Assembly: GCA_943788915.1 (NCBI GenBank)
Contig: CALSSD010000010.1
Coordinates: forward strand, 62,001 to 126,000
Origin: an uncultured Acidimicrobiales bacterium
GTDB lineage: Bacteria > Actinomycetota > Acidimicrobiia > Acidimicrobiales > UBA10347
Direction: 5' to 3'
Length of the DNA stretch: 64,000 nucleotides
Shown here one piece after another: positions 1 through 9,804 of the stretch. The notes beneath the pieces were generated by a model. The model saw only the letters and a program-made list of their open reading frames with translations, was not told the origin of the DNA and searched no databases. The position numbers were made by a program, and so were the translations under genes. Each line of letters starts with the position of its first letter. Position 1 is the first letter of the stretch.

Positions 1-682
1 ACTGCTCGCGTTCGTTCGTGTAGCTCACCGTGAGCTGGCTCATCTTCTCCATGGCTCCAGCCATGAGGGCGACTCGGCTTAGTGCGCCCCGGAACTTCAA
101 TGCATCGGCGTCGACCCCCTCAGGAGCGGGTGCGATGTCGGCTTGAACGCCGTCGAAGGTCAGGGTGTCTCGGGGTTCGCCGCCCAACGAGGTTGCATGT
201 GAAATGGTTGCGGCCGCAGCTGGAACCGATGCAACGATGCCGTTGCCGACCAGTGCCAGGCGTTCGGCGTGACGACCCCACGGGACCATGTGAGCGGTAC
301 CGGTGACGACGCCGTCGCCGCTGACCGAGATCGTGTCAGTGCTGGTCTGAGATGTGCTGCCCGGGGCGACGGTCACGATGCCCTCGGGCAACTCGAGACC
401 AGCGCTGGCCAGCAGCCAGCCACCAAGGATGCCGGTCTCAGCGGCAGGAATTGGAGCGGCGTAGTAGCCAACCAGGCGCAGAACTTCGAGAGCATCGAGC
501 AAGGTGCCGCCGGAGCCGCCAGCTTCTTCTGGAAGGGAGATCCATGGGAACCCGGTCTCGGCGAATGCTTGCCAGATCTCAGGTGCGCCGCCGTTGGCCT
601 CGGCTTGTTGGATGGCTGAGTGGGTGCACTGCTCGCGGAAGAGGCGAGATGCGGTTTCGGTGATGAGAGCGTCGACGGTCAT
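1..682 (-). CDS. Acyl-CoA dehydrogenase family protein (partial, runs off the window start); probable second subunit of a heteromeric ACAD
   Basis: Not in the ORF track. Manual translation from ATG 682 (ATGA overlap with the upstream ACAD stop) gives MTVDALITETASRLF...WISLPEEAGGSGG...ALMAGAMEKMSQLTVSYTNEREQ, with ACAD N-terminal and Y..ER.QFG motifs. Confidence 0.88.
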   Translation of the reverse strand, partial: MTVDALITETASRLFREQCTHSAIQQAEANGGAPEIWQAFAETGFPWISLPEEAGGSGGTLLDALEVLRLVGYYAAPIPAAETGILGGWLLASAGLELPEGIVTVAPGSTSQTSTDTISVSGDGVVTGTAHMVPWGRHAERLALVGNGIVASVPAAAATISHATSLGGEPRDTLTFDGVQADIAPAPEGVDADALKFRGALSRVALMAGAMEKMSQLTVSYTNEREQ

Positions 683-1836
683 GCTGGCAACCCCTGAAGT
701 CCTTTGGATGCAACCGAACGTAGGATCTCGATGGTCCCACCTCGAATCGTGTTGCCGGGTCCGGTAAGTACACATTGTGCGAGCAGTCGCTGGAAGAGCG
801 ACTCGGACTCGGGTGTGAGTTCATGGTCCACCAGTTCAACCAGCTTCTCGATCACCTCGATCTCGAACCGAGTGCCCATCTCCTTGACCAGGGAGGACTC
901 GATGGATGGTGCCTCGCCGTCGTCGATCAGACGAGAGACCGACAATGAAAGGTTGCGCATCGACCACCACCGGGCCGTGAGTTCGCCAAAGAGTTCGGTG
1001 GCTCGTTCCCCGATATCGGTGCCTTGTGTCTCTCGCAGCAGCTGCTCGACGGTAGAGAATGGAGAAAGCCAGCGGTCAGGCCCGCCCCGTTCATAGGCCA
1101 TTTCGGTCGTGTTCTGGTTCCAGCCCATGCCTGCCTGGCCGACAACGTTCTCATCGGGCACGAATACATCGGTGAACGAGACTTCGTTGAAGTGATGCTC
1201 GCCATTCAAGAACGGAATGGGGCTGAGCTCAAGGCCGTCGGTGTTGTGCAGGTCGATTAGCACCTGGCTGAGGCCTTCACGCTTGTTGCTGTCTGCCTCG
1301 AGCGGAGTCGTGCGTAGCAGGCAGATAAACCAGTCGTTCGTGTGCGCGTTGCTGGTCCAGATCTTGGTGCCATTCACGATCCAGCCGCCGTCGTCGCGGT
1401 CAGCCCGAGTCGAGACCGAGGCCAGATCTGAGCCACTGTCTGGTTCGCTCATACCGATCGAGAAGCCGAGTTCGCCCCGACAGATCGGCGGCAGGAACCG
1501 TTCCCGCTGTTCGTCGGTGCCGAACTTGTTAATGATGTTGCCGGTTTGGCGGTCGGCCACCCAGTGGTAACCAACAGGAGCGCCCCATCGCAGCATCTCT
1601 TCGACCACGATGAACCGGTCGACAGCCTTCTTGTCGCTGCCTCCCCATTCTTCGGGCAGCGCCATGCCGACCCAGCCTCGCTCGGCCATCTTCTTCGAGA
1701 ATTCCTTGTCATGGCGGGCGGACATGCCCAGCCCGGGTTCGTGACTGCCCGGAGGCAGTTCCTCGGCCAGAAAGGCTCGGACTTCGGTCTGCAGCGCCAG
1801 CTCGTCGCTGGCGAGCTCGGTAGGTGTAAATCGCAT
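679..1836 (-). CDS. Acyl-CoA dehydrogenase
   Basis: GMSEPDSGSDLA, NGTKIWTS, FNEVSFTDV, ERGG and TIRGGT motifs. Confidence 0.93.
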   Translation of the reverse strand: MRFTPTELASDELALQTEVRAFLAEELPPGSHEPGLGMSARHDKEFSKKMAERGWVGMALPEEWGGSDKKAVDRFIVVEEMLRWGAPVGYHWVADRQTGNIINKFGTDEQRERFLPPICRGELGFSIGMSEPDSGSDLASVSTRADRDDGGWIVNGTKIWTSNAHTNDWFICLLRTTPLEADSNKREGLSQVLIDLHNTDGLELSPIPFLNGEHHFNEVSFTDVFVPDENVVGQAGMGWNQNTTEMAYERGGPDRWLSPFSTVEQLLRETQGTDIGERATELFGELTARWWSMRNLSLSVSRLIDDGEAPSIESSLVKEMGTRFEIEVIEKLVELVDHELTPESESLFQRLLAQCVLTGPGNTIRGGTIEILRSVASKGLQGLPA

Positions 1837-1862
1837 CGATACCGAACTTAGTCCGAAGGGGA

Positions 1863-2936
1863 TCAGTCTGAAGATTCCAGCAGACGTCCAATATTTCGGT
1901 CGAGCGCCGCGGTGTAGACCCGCTCAACCATCGTGGTCAATGCCGCTTGGGTCTGATCGTCACCCGGGTCGAGGTGAGACAGGTTGTTGCCGAACTGTCC
2001 CATCCACCACAGCACGTTCTCGTCGTAGCTCTGATCGAACCAGGAGCGATCGACGACGATGCCGGTCATAGCGAGTCTGGCGAGGTAGCGATCGATCAAC
2101 GATGCCTCGTTGGCCCTGCGGTTGACCACACTCAGGCTGGTGGTAATGAAACACGACAGGTCCATTGCTGCCGGGGCACGCATGGCGGTCTGCCAGTCAA
2201 TCATGGTGACCCGATCACCTTGGAACAGCAGATTGTCGATGCGATAGTCCGAGTGCACCATCGTCAACGGCTCGCGGGCGGCACGCGCCGACCACGCCGA
2301 GAGGCGGGGTGCAAACGCCAGCACCCAGTCAGCTGTCGGGCTGGGGAGCACTGAGTGATACCGCTCGACGAACGTCGGCAGGTTGGCCAGCCAGTGCGGC
2401 TGCAGACCGCCTACGCCGATGACATCGAATCCTGGCATCCACTCGAACGGAGCGTCTGCGTCCCACCAGCGAGCGTGGAAGTCGGCCAGAGCATCGACGG
2501 CAGCAGCGGCCTGAGCAATTGTGGCTCCCGCCATAACGTCGAACTCGTCGCCATCGATCGCCTCAAGAATCACGGCCCACCGGTGTTGCTGTTCGTCGGC
2601 TCCGGCATAGAAACATCTCGCCAGCTGGGTGGCCGTGGCTTGGGGCGCAACATCGCGGTAGAACGCAACCTCGCGGGCGTAGGCGTGCAACATGTCGCCG
2701 ATCTGGCGACTGCCAGGGTTCGCTGCTGGCAGCTTGATAACGAACGCGTCAGGTCCGGAGCCGGAGCGATATGTCACGTGCACGGTCGCCAGGTCACCAA
2801 TGAGCCCTTTGCTCGGGTGCATCGGTTCGACGGTGACAGACGCGAGTTCGACGCCTGCCATTCCGCCTTCGCGCAGCGCATCTTGGAACCATGCGGGCGT
2901 GACATCGGAAAAAGTTGCAGGTACGGCGATCGTCAT
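1863..2936 (-). CDS. APH/EcKinase-like phosphotransferase
   Basis: REVAFY, HSDYRIDNLLF and IDWQ kinase motifs. Start trimmed to MTIAVP. Confidence 0.85.
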   Translation of the reverse strand: MTIAVPATFSDVTPAWFQDALREGGMAGVELASVTVEPMHPSKGLIGDLATVHVTYRSGSGPDAFVIKLPAANPGSRQIGDMLHAYAREVAFYRDVAPQATATQLARCFYAGADEQQHRWAVILEAIDGDEFDVMAGATIAQAAAAVDALADFHARWWDADAPFEWMPGFDVIGVGGLQPHWLANLPTFVERYHSVLPSPTADWVLAFAPRLSAWSARAAREPLTMVHSDYRIDNLLFQGDRVTMIDWQTAMRAPAAMDLSCFITTSLSVVNRRANEASLIDRYLARLAMTGIVVDRSWFDQSYDENVLWWMGQFGNNLSHLDPGDDQTQAALTTMVERVYTAALDRNIGRLLESSD

Positions 2937-2940
2937 GGTT

Positions 2941-3780
2941 CTACCCGTCGTAAAAGAGAGGCTCGTGAAGGCCCACGACCGCTCGAGAGCGGGGATCGTC
3001 TCCGGCATGGGTGACAGCGCCGGGGGAGAGTTGGTGCGCCCGGTCGGTCGTGCGAAGGCGCTGCGCGATGTCGCGTCGGCCATAGTGGATTTGGATGAAG
3101 TCGCGTCCTGGATCGCCAGCCATCGTGGGCATACGGCGATGCCAGATGTCGGATACGAACAGTTGTATGTCGCCCGTCTCTGCGACGAGAGGGACGACCG
3201 CCTGGCCATCGCACGTGAGCGTGATGTCGTTGCGTCGGTCACCCGGCGGGGCTTGTCCGGAACGGTGACTGCCGGGGATTACACCGGTAGGCCCCGACTC
3301 GATCGTCATCGGGGCCAGCAGCACGTGGACGGCAACCACGAAGATGGGATAGGGGACATTGGTCGGCCACGAGACGTCGACAGGTCGAGGAATGTGTGGT
3401 CCGGCATCACAATGCCAGCCGCCACCACCATGTGTCACGGCCTTGCCTGCCGGGTTACGCCATGCCGTGTTGGCAATGACATGACAGTCCTCGCCGATCA
3501 GCGGTTCGATGGCGTCAAGGATCACCCGGCTGGCTATCAGGTCTTGCACAACCGTGCTGCGGTTCAGCACGGCGTACCGGTACTCGTCGGCATCGTTGGC
3601 CCGACGGAGTTCGATGTCTGGCTCGGCAAACAATCGGTCCATGTCGGCCCGAAGTGCATCGGTCTCGGTGGATGACAAAGCCCCCGTCAGCAGTGTGTAA
3701 CCGTCGCGTTCGAGCTGCTCGGTCGCCAAAGACGCTGGTTCGCTTCGATGCCGTAAATAGACGCCACGCCGGGTGAGCAT
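2941..3780 (-). CDS. Phytanoyl-CoA dioxygenase (PhyH) family protein
   Basis: WHCD, GPTGVIPGSH and WHR Fe/2OG motifs. Confidence 0.88.
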   Translation of the reverse strand: MLTRRGVYLRHRSEPASLATEQLERDGYTLLTGALSSTETDALRADMDRLFAEPDIELRRANDADEYRYAVLNRSTVVQDLIASRVILDAIEPLIGEDCHVIANTAWRNPAGKAVTHGGGGWHCDAGPHIPRPVDVSWPTNVPYPIFVVAVHVLLAPMTIESGPTGVIPGSHRSGQAPPGDRRNDITLTCDGQAVVPLVAETGDIQLFVSDIWHRRMPTMAGDPGRDFIQIHYGRRDIAQRLRTTDRAHQLSPGAVTHAGDDPRSRAVVGLHEPLFYDG

Positions 3781-3823
3781 GGGCCGAGCTTAGGTTCCCG
3801 CAACGGCCAGTACCGTATGGGCG

Positions 3824-4810
3824 ATGGGATCACTTCCTGTTGTTGATATCGCTGCTTTCCGTCACGACCCGTTTGGGCTCGGCGGCCAGGCATGTGTTGC
3901 CGAGTTGCTGCGGGCATGCCACGAGACCGGCTTTGTCTACATCGTCGGCCATGGCATTGATGCCGCCCTCGATACGGCGCTCTTCGATACTGCCCGCCAG
4001 TTCTTTCACCTGCCGCTGGGCGAACGACAAGCACTAGCCATTGCCAACAACGCAGCGTTCCGTGGGTACACAACGTTGGGCGATGAACGCACCAACGGCC
4101 AGGCTGACTGGCGTGAACAGCTCGACGTCGGCCCTGAGGAACCAGCGCCGACAGATCTCAGCGGCCCAGCATGGCATCGGCTCCGAGGACCGAACCAATG
4201 GCCCGAGACGTTGCCGGCCATGAAACCTGCCGTTCTCACCTGGATGGACGAGATGGAGGCGATGGGTGTCACCTGTCTGCGGGCACTGGCCCTCGGCCTA
4301 GGCCAGACCATGGACTGCTTCGATCACGCGTTTCTTCCCGAGTCTGACGTGCACGTAAAGGTGATCCGATACCCCGAACGGCCAGCCCCACAGGCCGAAC
4401 AGGGCGTTGGTGTCCATCACGACACTGGTGTGCTCACCTTCATTGCTCAGGACGGCATGGGTCTGCAGGTCGAGACGCCAGCTGGTTTCGTGGACGCTGA
4501 ACCGATGCCTGGTGCCTACATCATGAACTTGGGCGAGATGCTGCAACGTGCAACCAGTGGGTACCTCAAGGCAACGCCGCATCGGGTCATCAGCCCTGCC
4601 GGCGGCGAGCGCATCTCTGTTGCGTTTTTCTTCAACCCCCGGTTTGAGACGGTATTCGAAGCAATCGACCTGCCCCCTGAGCTAGCAGCCGAGGCACCGG
4701 GCGGCGCACACCACAAGATCGAGGACGAGATCCACGCCCTGTTCGGCGAAAACAACCTCCGCACCCGCCTCCGTTCCCACCCCGACGTCGCCGCCCGCCA
4801 CTACCAATAA
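3824..4810 (+). CDS. Isopenicillin N synthase-family 2OG-Fe(II) oxygenase
   Basis: LPVVD, GPNQWP, HHD...H (ATPHRV) and RISVAFF motifs. Confidence 0.92.
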   Translation: MGSLPVVDIAAFRHDPFGLGGQACVAELLRACHETGFVYIVGHGIDAALDTALFDTARQFFHLPLGERQALAIANNAAFRGYTTLGDERTNGQADWREQLDVGPEEPAPTDLSGPAWHRLRGPNQWPETLPAMKPAVLTWMDEMEAMGVTCLRALALGLGQTMDCFDHAFLPESDVHVKVIRYPERPAPQAEQGVGVHHDTGVLTFIAQDGMGLQVETPAGFVDAEPMPGAYIMNLGEMLQRATSGYLKATPHRVISPAGGERISVAFFFNPRFETVFEAIDLPPELAAEAPGGAHHKIEDEIHALFGENNLRTRLRSHPDVAARHYQ

Positions 4811-4839
4811 CGAATCGGTGCCAGGCACCTGTTCGTTAT
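4807..4839. repeat. REP-like imperfect palindrome, downstream flank of the RAYT-like gene
   Basis: ATAACGAA-TCGGTGCC-A-GGCACCTG-TTCGTTAT; near-identical inverted copy at 5780-5816. Confidence 0.85.
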
Positions 4840-4846
4840 CGAACCG

Positions 4847-5746
4847 TTACGCGGCACGCCGGTCACGCGTGTTCCATGCTGCTCGGACCGCGTCGATGTC
4901 TGCGGCGAGGCTCTGGTCTTCGTCGCGGAAGCTCCGGGCCCGGGCCAACGCGGTACGAAACGTGGTCGTCGACGTGTAACCGAGCGTCTTGCAGATCTGG
5001 CTCGTCTCGGCAGGGAACAACTCGTTGGCGAGAATGGTGGTGATGAGCCTGGGATTATTTCGTCGGCCACGCGTGCTGGAGCGAATTGTTTGGTTGTCGG
5101 TGCCGGTAATTTGGCAGACGACATCGCAGAGGCGTTCAAGGTCTTGTTCCGTGGTGGATGTGCCCATGGAGATCGATCTCGTACCGGAAATCAGTGAAAA
5201 CTTGTCGTGTCCCATGCCTGTCTCGACGAATTCTACGTAGGTGGCCCGTGAGCCAAACATGCCGATAATCATGGTCTGTTCGACCCGCACGAGGGTGCGC
5301 GCTGAGCAATCGTGCTGCTTATAGATAGCGAAGCTCGACCACGGATAGGTGCCGATGTCGAAGCCCAACTCACCAGGATTGCGATGTACATATCGGCACA
5401 CGAGTTGAAACTGCTCGTCGGTGGTCACCAAGACGTTGTAATACCGGGCACGGAAGACGGGCCCTTTGTGAGCATGCCGGTAGTTGAACGCTCTGGCGTA
5501 GTTGCCTTGGAGATGGTGCATGAACTTATCGAGCGTTCCGAATGGGCACCGCACGATCAAGTGGTAATGGTTTGGCATCAGGCAGTATTCGAGGACTTCA
5601 ACGCCCGTTTCTTCACTCGCTTCCTTCATGAGCGTGAGGAACAGAAAACGATCGCGGTCTGTTTTGAACAGATCCGCATCGCCAGCACGGTGGTTCGTGA
5701 CGTGATGAATACCGCCGTCAGGATTGTTGCGAGGTGGTCGAGGCAT
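4847..5746 (-). mobile_element. RAYT-like Y1 HUH tyrosine transposase with C-terminal helical (DnaA-C-like) extension
   Basis: MPRPPR...HHVTN, YCLMPNHYHL (HUH), YARAFN.RH...G.VF, RYVHRNP (catalytic Tyr), YPWSS; flanked by palindromes. Confidence 0.88.
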
Positions 5747-5779
5747 GCCACAACCGTAGAACCGAGGTGTGACATCGTG

Positions 5780-5816
5780 GGATAACGAACGCGTGCCTGG
5801 CACGGATTCGTTATCC
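5780..5816. repeat. REP-like imperfect palindrome, upstream flank of the RAYT-like gene
   Basis: GGATAACGAA-CGCGTGCC-T-GGCACGGA-TTCGTTATCC; its reverse complement matches 4807-4840 with few mismatches. Confidence 0.85.
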
Positions 5817-6056
5817 GCCGGCGAGGGTGGCGAGGAAGTGGACTTCGGCGCCGTCGGGGATGTCTTCGTAAATGGCGTCGGGCAGGATCTCGCCGTTGAT
5901 AGCGACGGATGTGCCATCGCGCAAGCGTTCACCGATGCCGGGGTAACGGTCGTCGAGAAGCGCGATCAGTCGACGCACCGAGGGTGCGTCGACCTGGATC
6001 TCGTCGTCGTCGCCCGTCAGGTCACGCAGCGATGCAGAAAACTTGACGGTAATCAC
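5811..6056 (-). CDS. MoaD/ThiS family ubiquitin-like sulfur carrier
   Basis: 81 aa, ITVKFSA...VAING, C-terminal GG. Confidence 0.9.
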   Translation of the reverse strand: MITVKFSASLRDLTGDDDEIQVDAPSVRRLIALLDDRYPGIGERLRDGTSVAINGEILPDAIYEDIPDGAEVHFLATLAGG

Positions 6057-6061
6057 GAGTG

Positions 6062-8323
6062 CTAATCCCGTTGATTGATTGCGCCGAGCAGGTGTACCGG
6101 TGACATCGGGAGGTCGTTGAGTCGCACACCTGCGCCACGTTGAATCGCATTACCAATGGCAGCCATCGGCGGCACGATGCCAGCCTCGCCTACGCCACGC
6201 ACGCCGTAGGGATGACCGGGGTTCGGCACCTCGACCACGATCGTCTCGATCATCGGAAGATCCGATGCAACCGGGATTCGGTAGTCGAGGAAGCTCGCAT
6301 TGTCGAGTGTGCCGTCGGTGTTGTGGATGTATTCCTCGTTGAACGCCCAGCCGATGCCTTGGGCGACGCCACCCTGCATTTGTCCTTCGACATAACTGGG
6401 ATGGATGGCCTTGCCCGCATCTTGTGCGGTCGTGTACCGAGCGACGCGACATACACCGGTCTCGTCGTCGATCTCGAGGTCGACGAGTTGGGTGGTGAAC
6501 GCAGCGCCAGCGCCACGCACATTGTCGGATTTGGTCACCGAGATCGGCCCACCGGTGCGGGGAGCCTTGGCGGCCAGATCAGCAAGAGTCAGTGGTGTTT
6601 CGGTGCCACTGGCGTGTTGTGCCTGGCCCTCGACCCATTCGACGTCGTCGATTTCGCAGTCCCAGGTCTTGGCCGCACGGCGACGCAGGTCTTCCTTGAT
6701 GGCCCGGCAGCAGTCGATAATCACCTTGCCGGTTGCCAAGGTGACTCGGCTTCCACCGGTGACATCGTTGAAACCAATGGTCTGGGTATCGGCAATCTTG
6801 ACCGAGATTCGATCTACGGGAATACCGAATTCTTCAGCGGCAAACAATGCCATCGATGCCCGGCTGCCACCGATATCAGGTGACCCTTCGATCACATTGA
6901 CATTGCCGTCTTCGTTGATATTCACCGTGGCGGTCGAGTTTCCTCCGATGTTGAACCAGAAGCCACTGGCGACACCTCGACCCATACCTTCGGGCACAGG
7001 CGACCGATAGTGGTCAGAGTCACGGATCGCTTCGAGCGTTTCAACGAAGCCGATACGAGGGAACACCGGGCCGTAGGAGGACTGGGTGCCTTCGACGGCA
7101 GCATTTGCCAGGCGAAGGTCGATGGGGTCCATGTCGATCGACATGGCCAATTCGTCGACGATGCTCTCGATGCCATACGCAATTATTGGCGCACCGGGGG
7201 CTCGGTACGCAGCGACTTTTGGTTTGTTGCAAACCACGTCGAAACCTTCGACGAAGAAGTTCGGAATGTCGTAACAAGCAATTGCCGTCATGCCAGCAGC
7301 GCCTACAGGCGAGCCAGGGAAGGCGCCAGCCTCGAATGCCATCCAGACTTGGGCGGCGGTCATCTTGCCATCGTTGGTCACGCCCATCTTGATCTTCATG
7401 CGTGAGCCTGAGGTCGGACCGGTGGCCTTGAAGACTTCGTCGCGGCCCATGACCAGACGAACAGGGCGACCAGCTTTGGAAGACAACCGAACCGCAAGGG
7501 GCTCGAGATAGATCGTGGTCTTGCCGCCAAAGCCGCCACCGATTTCGGCCGCTTCAACGACAAGCGCTGACGGTTCCATCCCGAGGGTTGTAGCGGTCAT
7601 TGCCCGGAGCGAGAAGTGACCTTGTGATGAGACGAACAGGTTGGCTCGTCCGTCCTGGCCTGCGTCGGCAACACAGGCGTGGGGCTCGATGTACCCCTGG
7701 TGCACGGGTTTGGTGGTGTACTCACGTTCGAGAACCACGTCGGCATCGGCGAAACCCTGATCGAGGTCGCCACGTTCGTGGACCACACGAGACGCTGCGT
7801 TCGAAGCAGTTTCGGGTGCGGGGTCAACACCACGTGTGATCATCGCTTCGTGCAAGATCGGGGCGCCGTCGGCAAGTGCTTCGTCGACGGTGAGCACGTG
7901 GGGGAGCTGTTCGTAGACAACCTCGATTGCAGCAGCGGCAGCTCGTGCGATCTCGCGGCTGGTCGCAGCGACGGCTGCAACTGGATGGCCTTCCCACAGG
8001 GCCTTTTTCCGAGCCAGGATCTTCTCGGACATAAAGACGTCGTCGGCTTTGGCACCGGCTTCGGCCAGGTCGGGTAGGTCTGCAGCGGTAATCACGGCAT
8101 GCACACCTGCCATGGCTTCGGCTGCGGACGTATCAATCGACACGATACGAGCGTGAGCATGTGGCGACCGAGCCACGGCTCCTTCGAGCATGCCCGGAAG
8201 CGTCAGGTCGGCACCGAAACGAGCCTTGCCGGTGACTTTGTCGAGCCCATCGGGTCGGACCGAGCGGCTGCCAACCCACTTGTAACTCGGTGCTCCGGTT
8301 GGGGATTCTTCGATCATGGTCAT
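6062..8323 (-). CDS. Xanthine dehydrogenase family molybdopterin-binding large subunit (not CO dehydrogenase)
   Basis: KVTGKARF, HQGYIEPH, IGGGFGGK, AYRAPG, GQMQGG, RGVGE. Confidence 0.93.
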   Translation of the reverse strand: MTMIEESPTGAPSYKWVGSRSVRPDGLDKVTGKARFGADLTLPGMLEGAVARSPHAHARIVSIDTSAAEAMAGVHAVITAADLPDLAEAGAKADDVFMSEKILARKKALWEGHPVAAVAATSREIARAAAAAIEVVYEQLPHVLTVDEALADGAPILHEAMITRGVDPAPETASNAASRVVHERGDLDQGFADADVVLEREYTTKPVHQGYIEPHACVADAGQDGRANLFVSSQGHFSLRAMTATTLGMEPSALVVEAAEIGGGFGGKTTIYLEPLAVRLSSKAGRPVRLVMGRDEVFKATGPTSGSRMKIKMGVTNDGKMTAAQVWMAFEAGAFPGSPVGAAGMTAIACYDIPNFFVEGFDVVCNKPKVAAYRAPGAPIIAYGIESIVDELAMSIDMDPIDLRLANAAVEGTQSSYGPVFPRIGFVETLEAIRDSDHYRSPVPEGMGRGVASGFWFNIGGNSTATVNINEDGNVNVIEGSPDIGGSRASMALFAAEEFGIPVDRISVKIADTQTIGFNDVTGGSRVTLATGKVIIDCCRAIKEDLRRRAAKTWDCEIDDVEWVEGQAQHASGTETPLTLADLAAKAPRTGGPISVTKSDNVRGAGAAFTTQLVDLEIDDETGVCRVARYTTAQDAGKAIHPSYVEGQMQGGVAQGIGWAFNEEYIHNTDGTLDNASFLDYRIPVASDLPMIETIVVEVPNPGHPYGVRGVGEAGIVPPMAAIGNAIQRGAGVRLNDLPMSPVHLLGAINQRD

Positions 8324-8817
8324 GCTGCGTCTCCAGTCTGTGCGCTGGCTCGCATGCCTTCGGCGGCATCGAGCACGGCTCGAATAATCTTGTCATAGCC
8401 GGTACACCGGCAGAGGTTGCCCGCTAGGGCGTAGCGGACTTCGGTCTCGGTCGGGTGAGGGTTCTTGTCGAGCAACGCTTTGGCTGCCATGAGGAAACCG
8501 GGAGTGCAGATGCCGCATTGCAGAGCGGCACCTTCGAGAAAACACTGCTGCAGCGGATGAAGTTCGTCGGCGTTGGCGAGACCTTCGATGGTGACGATGG
8601 TGCGGCCTTCGGCTTCGGGGGCGAAGATGAGGCATGCACAGGTAACCCGGTCGTCCATGAGCACCGAACAAGCACCGCAGTCACCGGTGCCGCAGCCTTC
8701 TTTGACGCCCATCAGGCCGACGTCGTCGCGAAGTGCATTCAGTAGTGACCCGCCGGACTCACTGAGGAAGTCGGTCTGGTCGCCGTTGATCGTGCAATTG
8801 ATATGGGTGCGGCTCAT
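8320..8817 (-). CDS. XDH-family 2x[2Fe-2S] small subunit
   Basis: KEGCGTGDCGACSV, QCGICTPG, GNLCRCTGY. Confidence 0.95.
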   Translation of the reverse strand: MSRTHINCTINGDQTDFLSESGGSLLNALRDDVGLMGVKEGCGTGDCGACSVLMDDRVTCACLIFAPEAEGRTIVTIEGLANADELHPLQQCFLEGAALQCGICTPGFLMAAKALLDKNPHPTETEVRYALAGNLCRCTGYDKIIRAVLDAAEGMRASAQTGDAA

Positions 8818-9710
8818 CAGTGGGCTCCGTTCGTGGTTGCTGCATTTTCGGTGTCTTCGCCTGCGGCCCGTGCCGCAGCGATCTTGACGGCTCGTTTGGC
8901 CAGGACACCCGTAACTTGCTTGCGATACGCAATTGTGCCCCGTTTGTCGTCGATGGGGTCACACGCAGCGCTCGCAGCTAGTGCAACTGCGGCGAGTGTG
9001 TCGTCGTTGATGGGCTGGCCGACAAGGGCTGCCTCGGCATCGGCTACTCGGCGAGCGGTCGGTGCGACTGCCCCAACAGCGATGCGGGCTTCGGCACAGT
9101 TGCCATCAGCGTCGAGAGTGATGCGAGCGCCGACACCGACAACTGCGATATCCATCTCGGTGCGAGGAGTCATGCGCAGGTAGGCGTCGCCGGTGTGTGC
9201 AGGAGGTCTGTCGACTTCGAACTCAACGATGAACTCGCCAGGTGCGAGCGAGGTTCGGCCTGGCCCGGTCGCTATTTCGGCGACACCGACGGTGCGGGTG
9301 CCGTCGGCAGTCGCAACAACGGCGCGGGCGTCGTTTACCAACATTGCCGGCACCGAGTCAGCAGCGGGCGAGGCGTTACACAGATTGCCACCCAAACTCG
9401 AGCGGTTCTGGATCTGATCCGAACCAATGAGTCCTGCGGCTTCGCTGAGTCCAGGGAACTGGCTGGAGAAGCCAGGATCTTCGGTAAGACGACTCGTTGG
9501 CGCGGCTGCGCCGATGGTCCAGCCGTCGGCGCCTTCGGTCACGGCGGTGAGTCGATCGATGTGTTTCAGGTCGACGAGCAGGCCAGGTTCGGGGCGGCCA
9601 GAGCGAATCTGGGGAATGAGATCGGTAGCGCCAGCGAAAACTCGCGATTCGAGTGTTGACGACAGCGCCCCGACGGCGTCCTCGATGGTGGTTGGAGCCA
9701 CATAGTCCAC
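8817..9710 (-). CDS. XDH-family FAD-binding medium subunit
   Basis: AGATDL, QIQNRSSLGGNLCNASPAAD, DDKRGTIAYR; AAGGAGG RBS 6 nt upstream of GTG 9710. Confidence 0.93.
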   Translation of the reverse strand: MDYVAPTTIEDAVGALSSTLESRVFAGATDLIPQIRSGRPEPGLLVDLKHIDRLTAVTEGADGWTIGAAAPTSRLTEDPGFSSQFPGLSEAAGLIGSDQIQNRSSLGGNLCNASPAADSVPAMLVNDARAVVATADGTRTVGVAEIATGPGRTSLAPGEFIVEFEVDRPPAHTGDAYLRMTPRTEMDIAVVGVGARITLDADGNCAEARIAVGAVAPTARRVADAEAALVGQPINDDTLAAVALAASAACDPIDDKRGTIAYRKQVTGVLAKRAVKIAAARAAGEDTENAATTNGAH

Positions 9711-9804
9711 GTGCATCCTCCTTGAATGATGTGAAACCAATTGTTGCGCAGTTTGGTGCTTCACGGGTAGCCGGAACGCAATGGCGAGATGTCACAATGG
9801 CAGA

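Noticed and set aside
4847..5746. IS200/IS605 element with TnpB
   Set aside because: No tnpB; the protein is ~300 aa with RAYT-type NP and YPWSS motifs and symmetrical palindromic flanks.
6062..9710. Aerobic CO dehydrogenase (coxMSL)
   Set aside because: The active-site loop is AYRAPG, not AYxCSFR or AYxGAGR, and there are no cox accessory genes.
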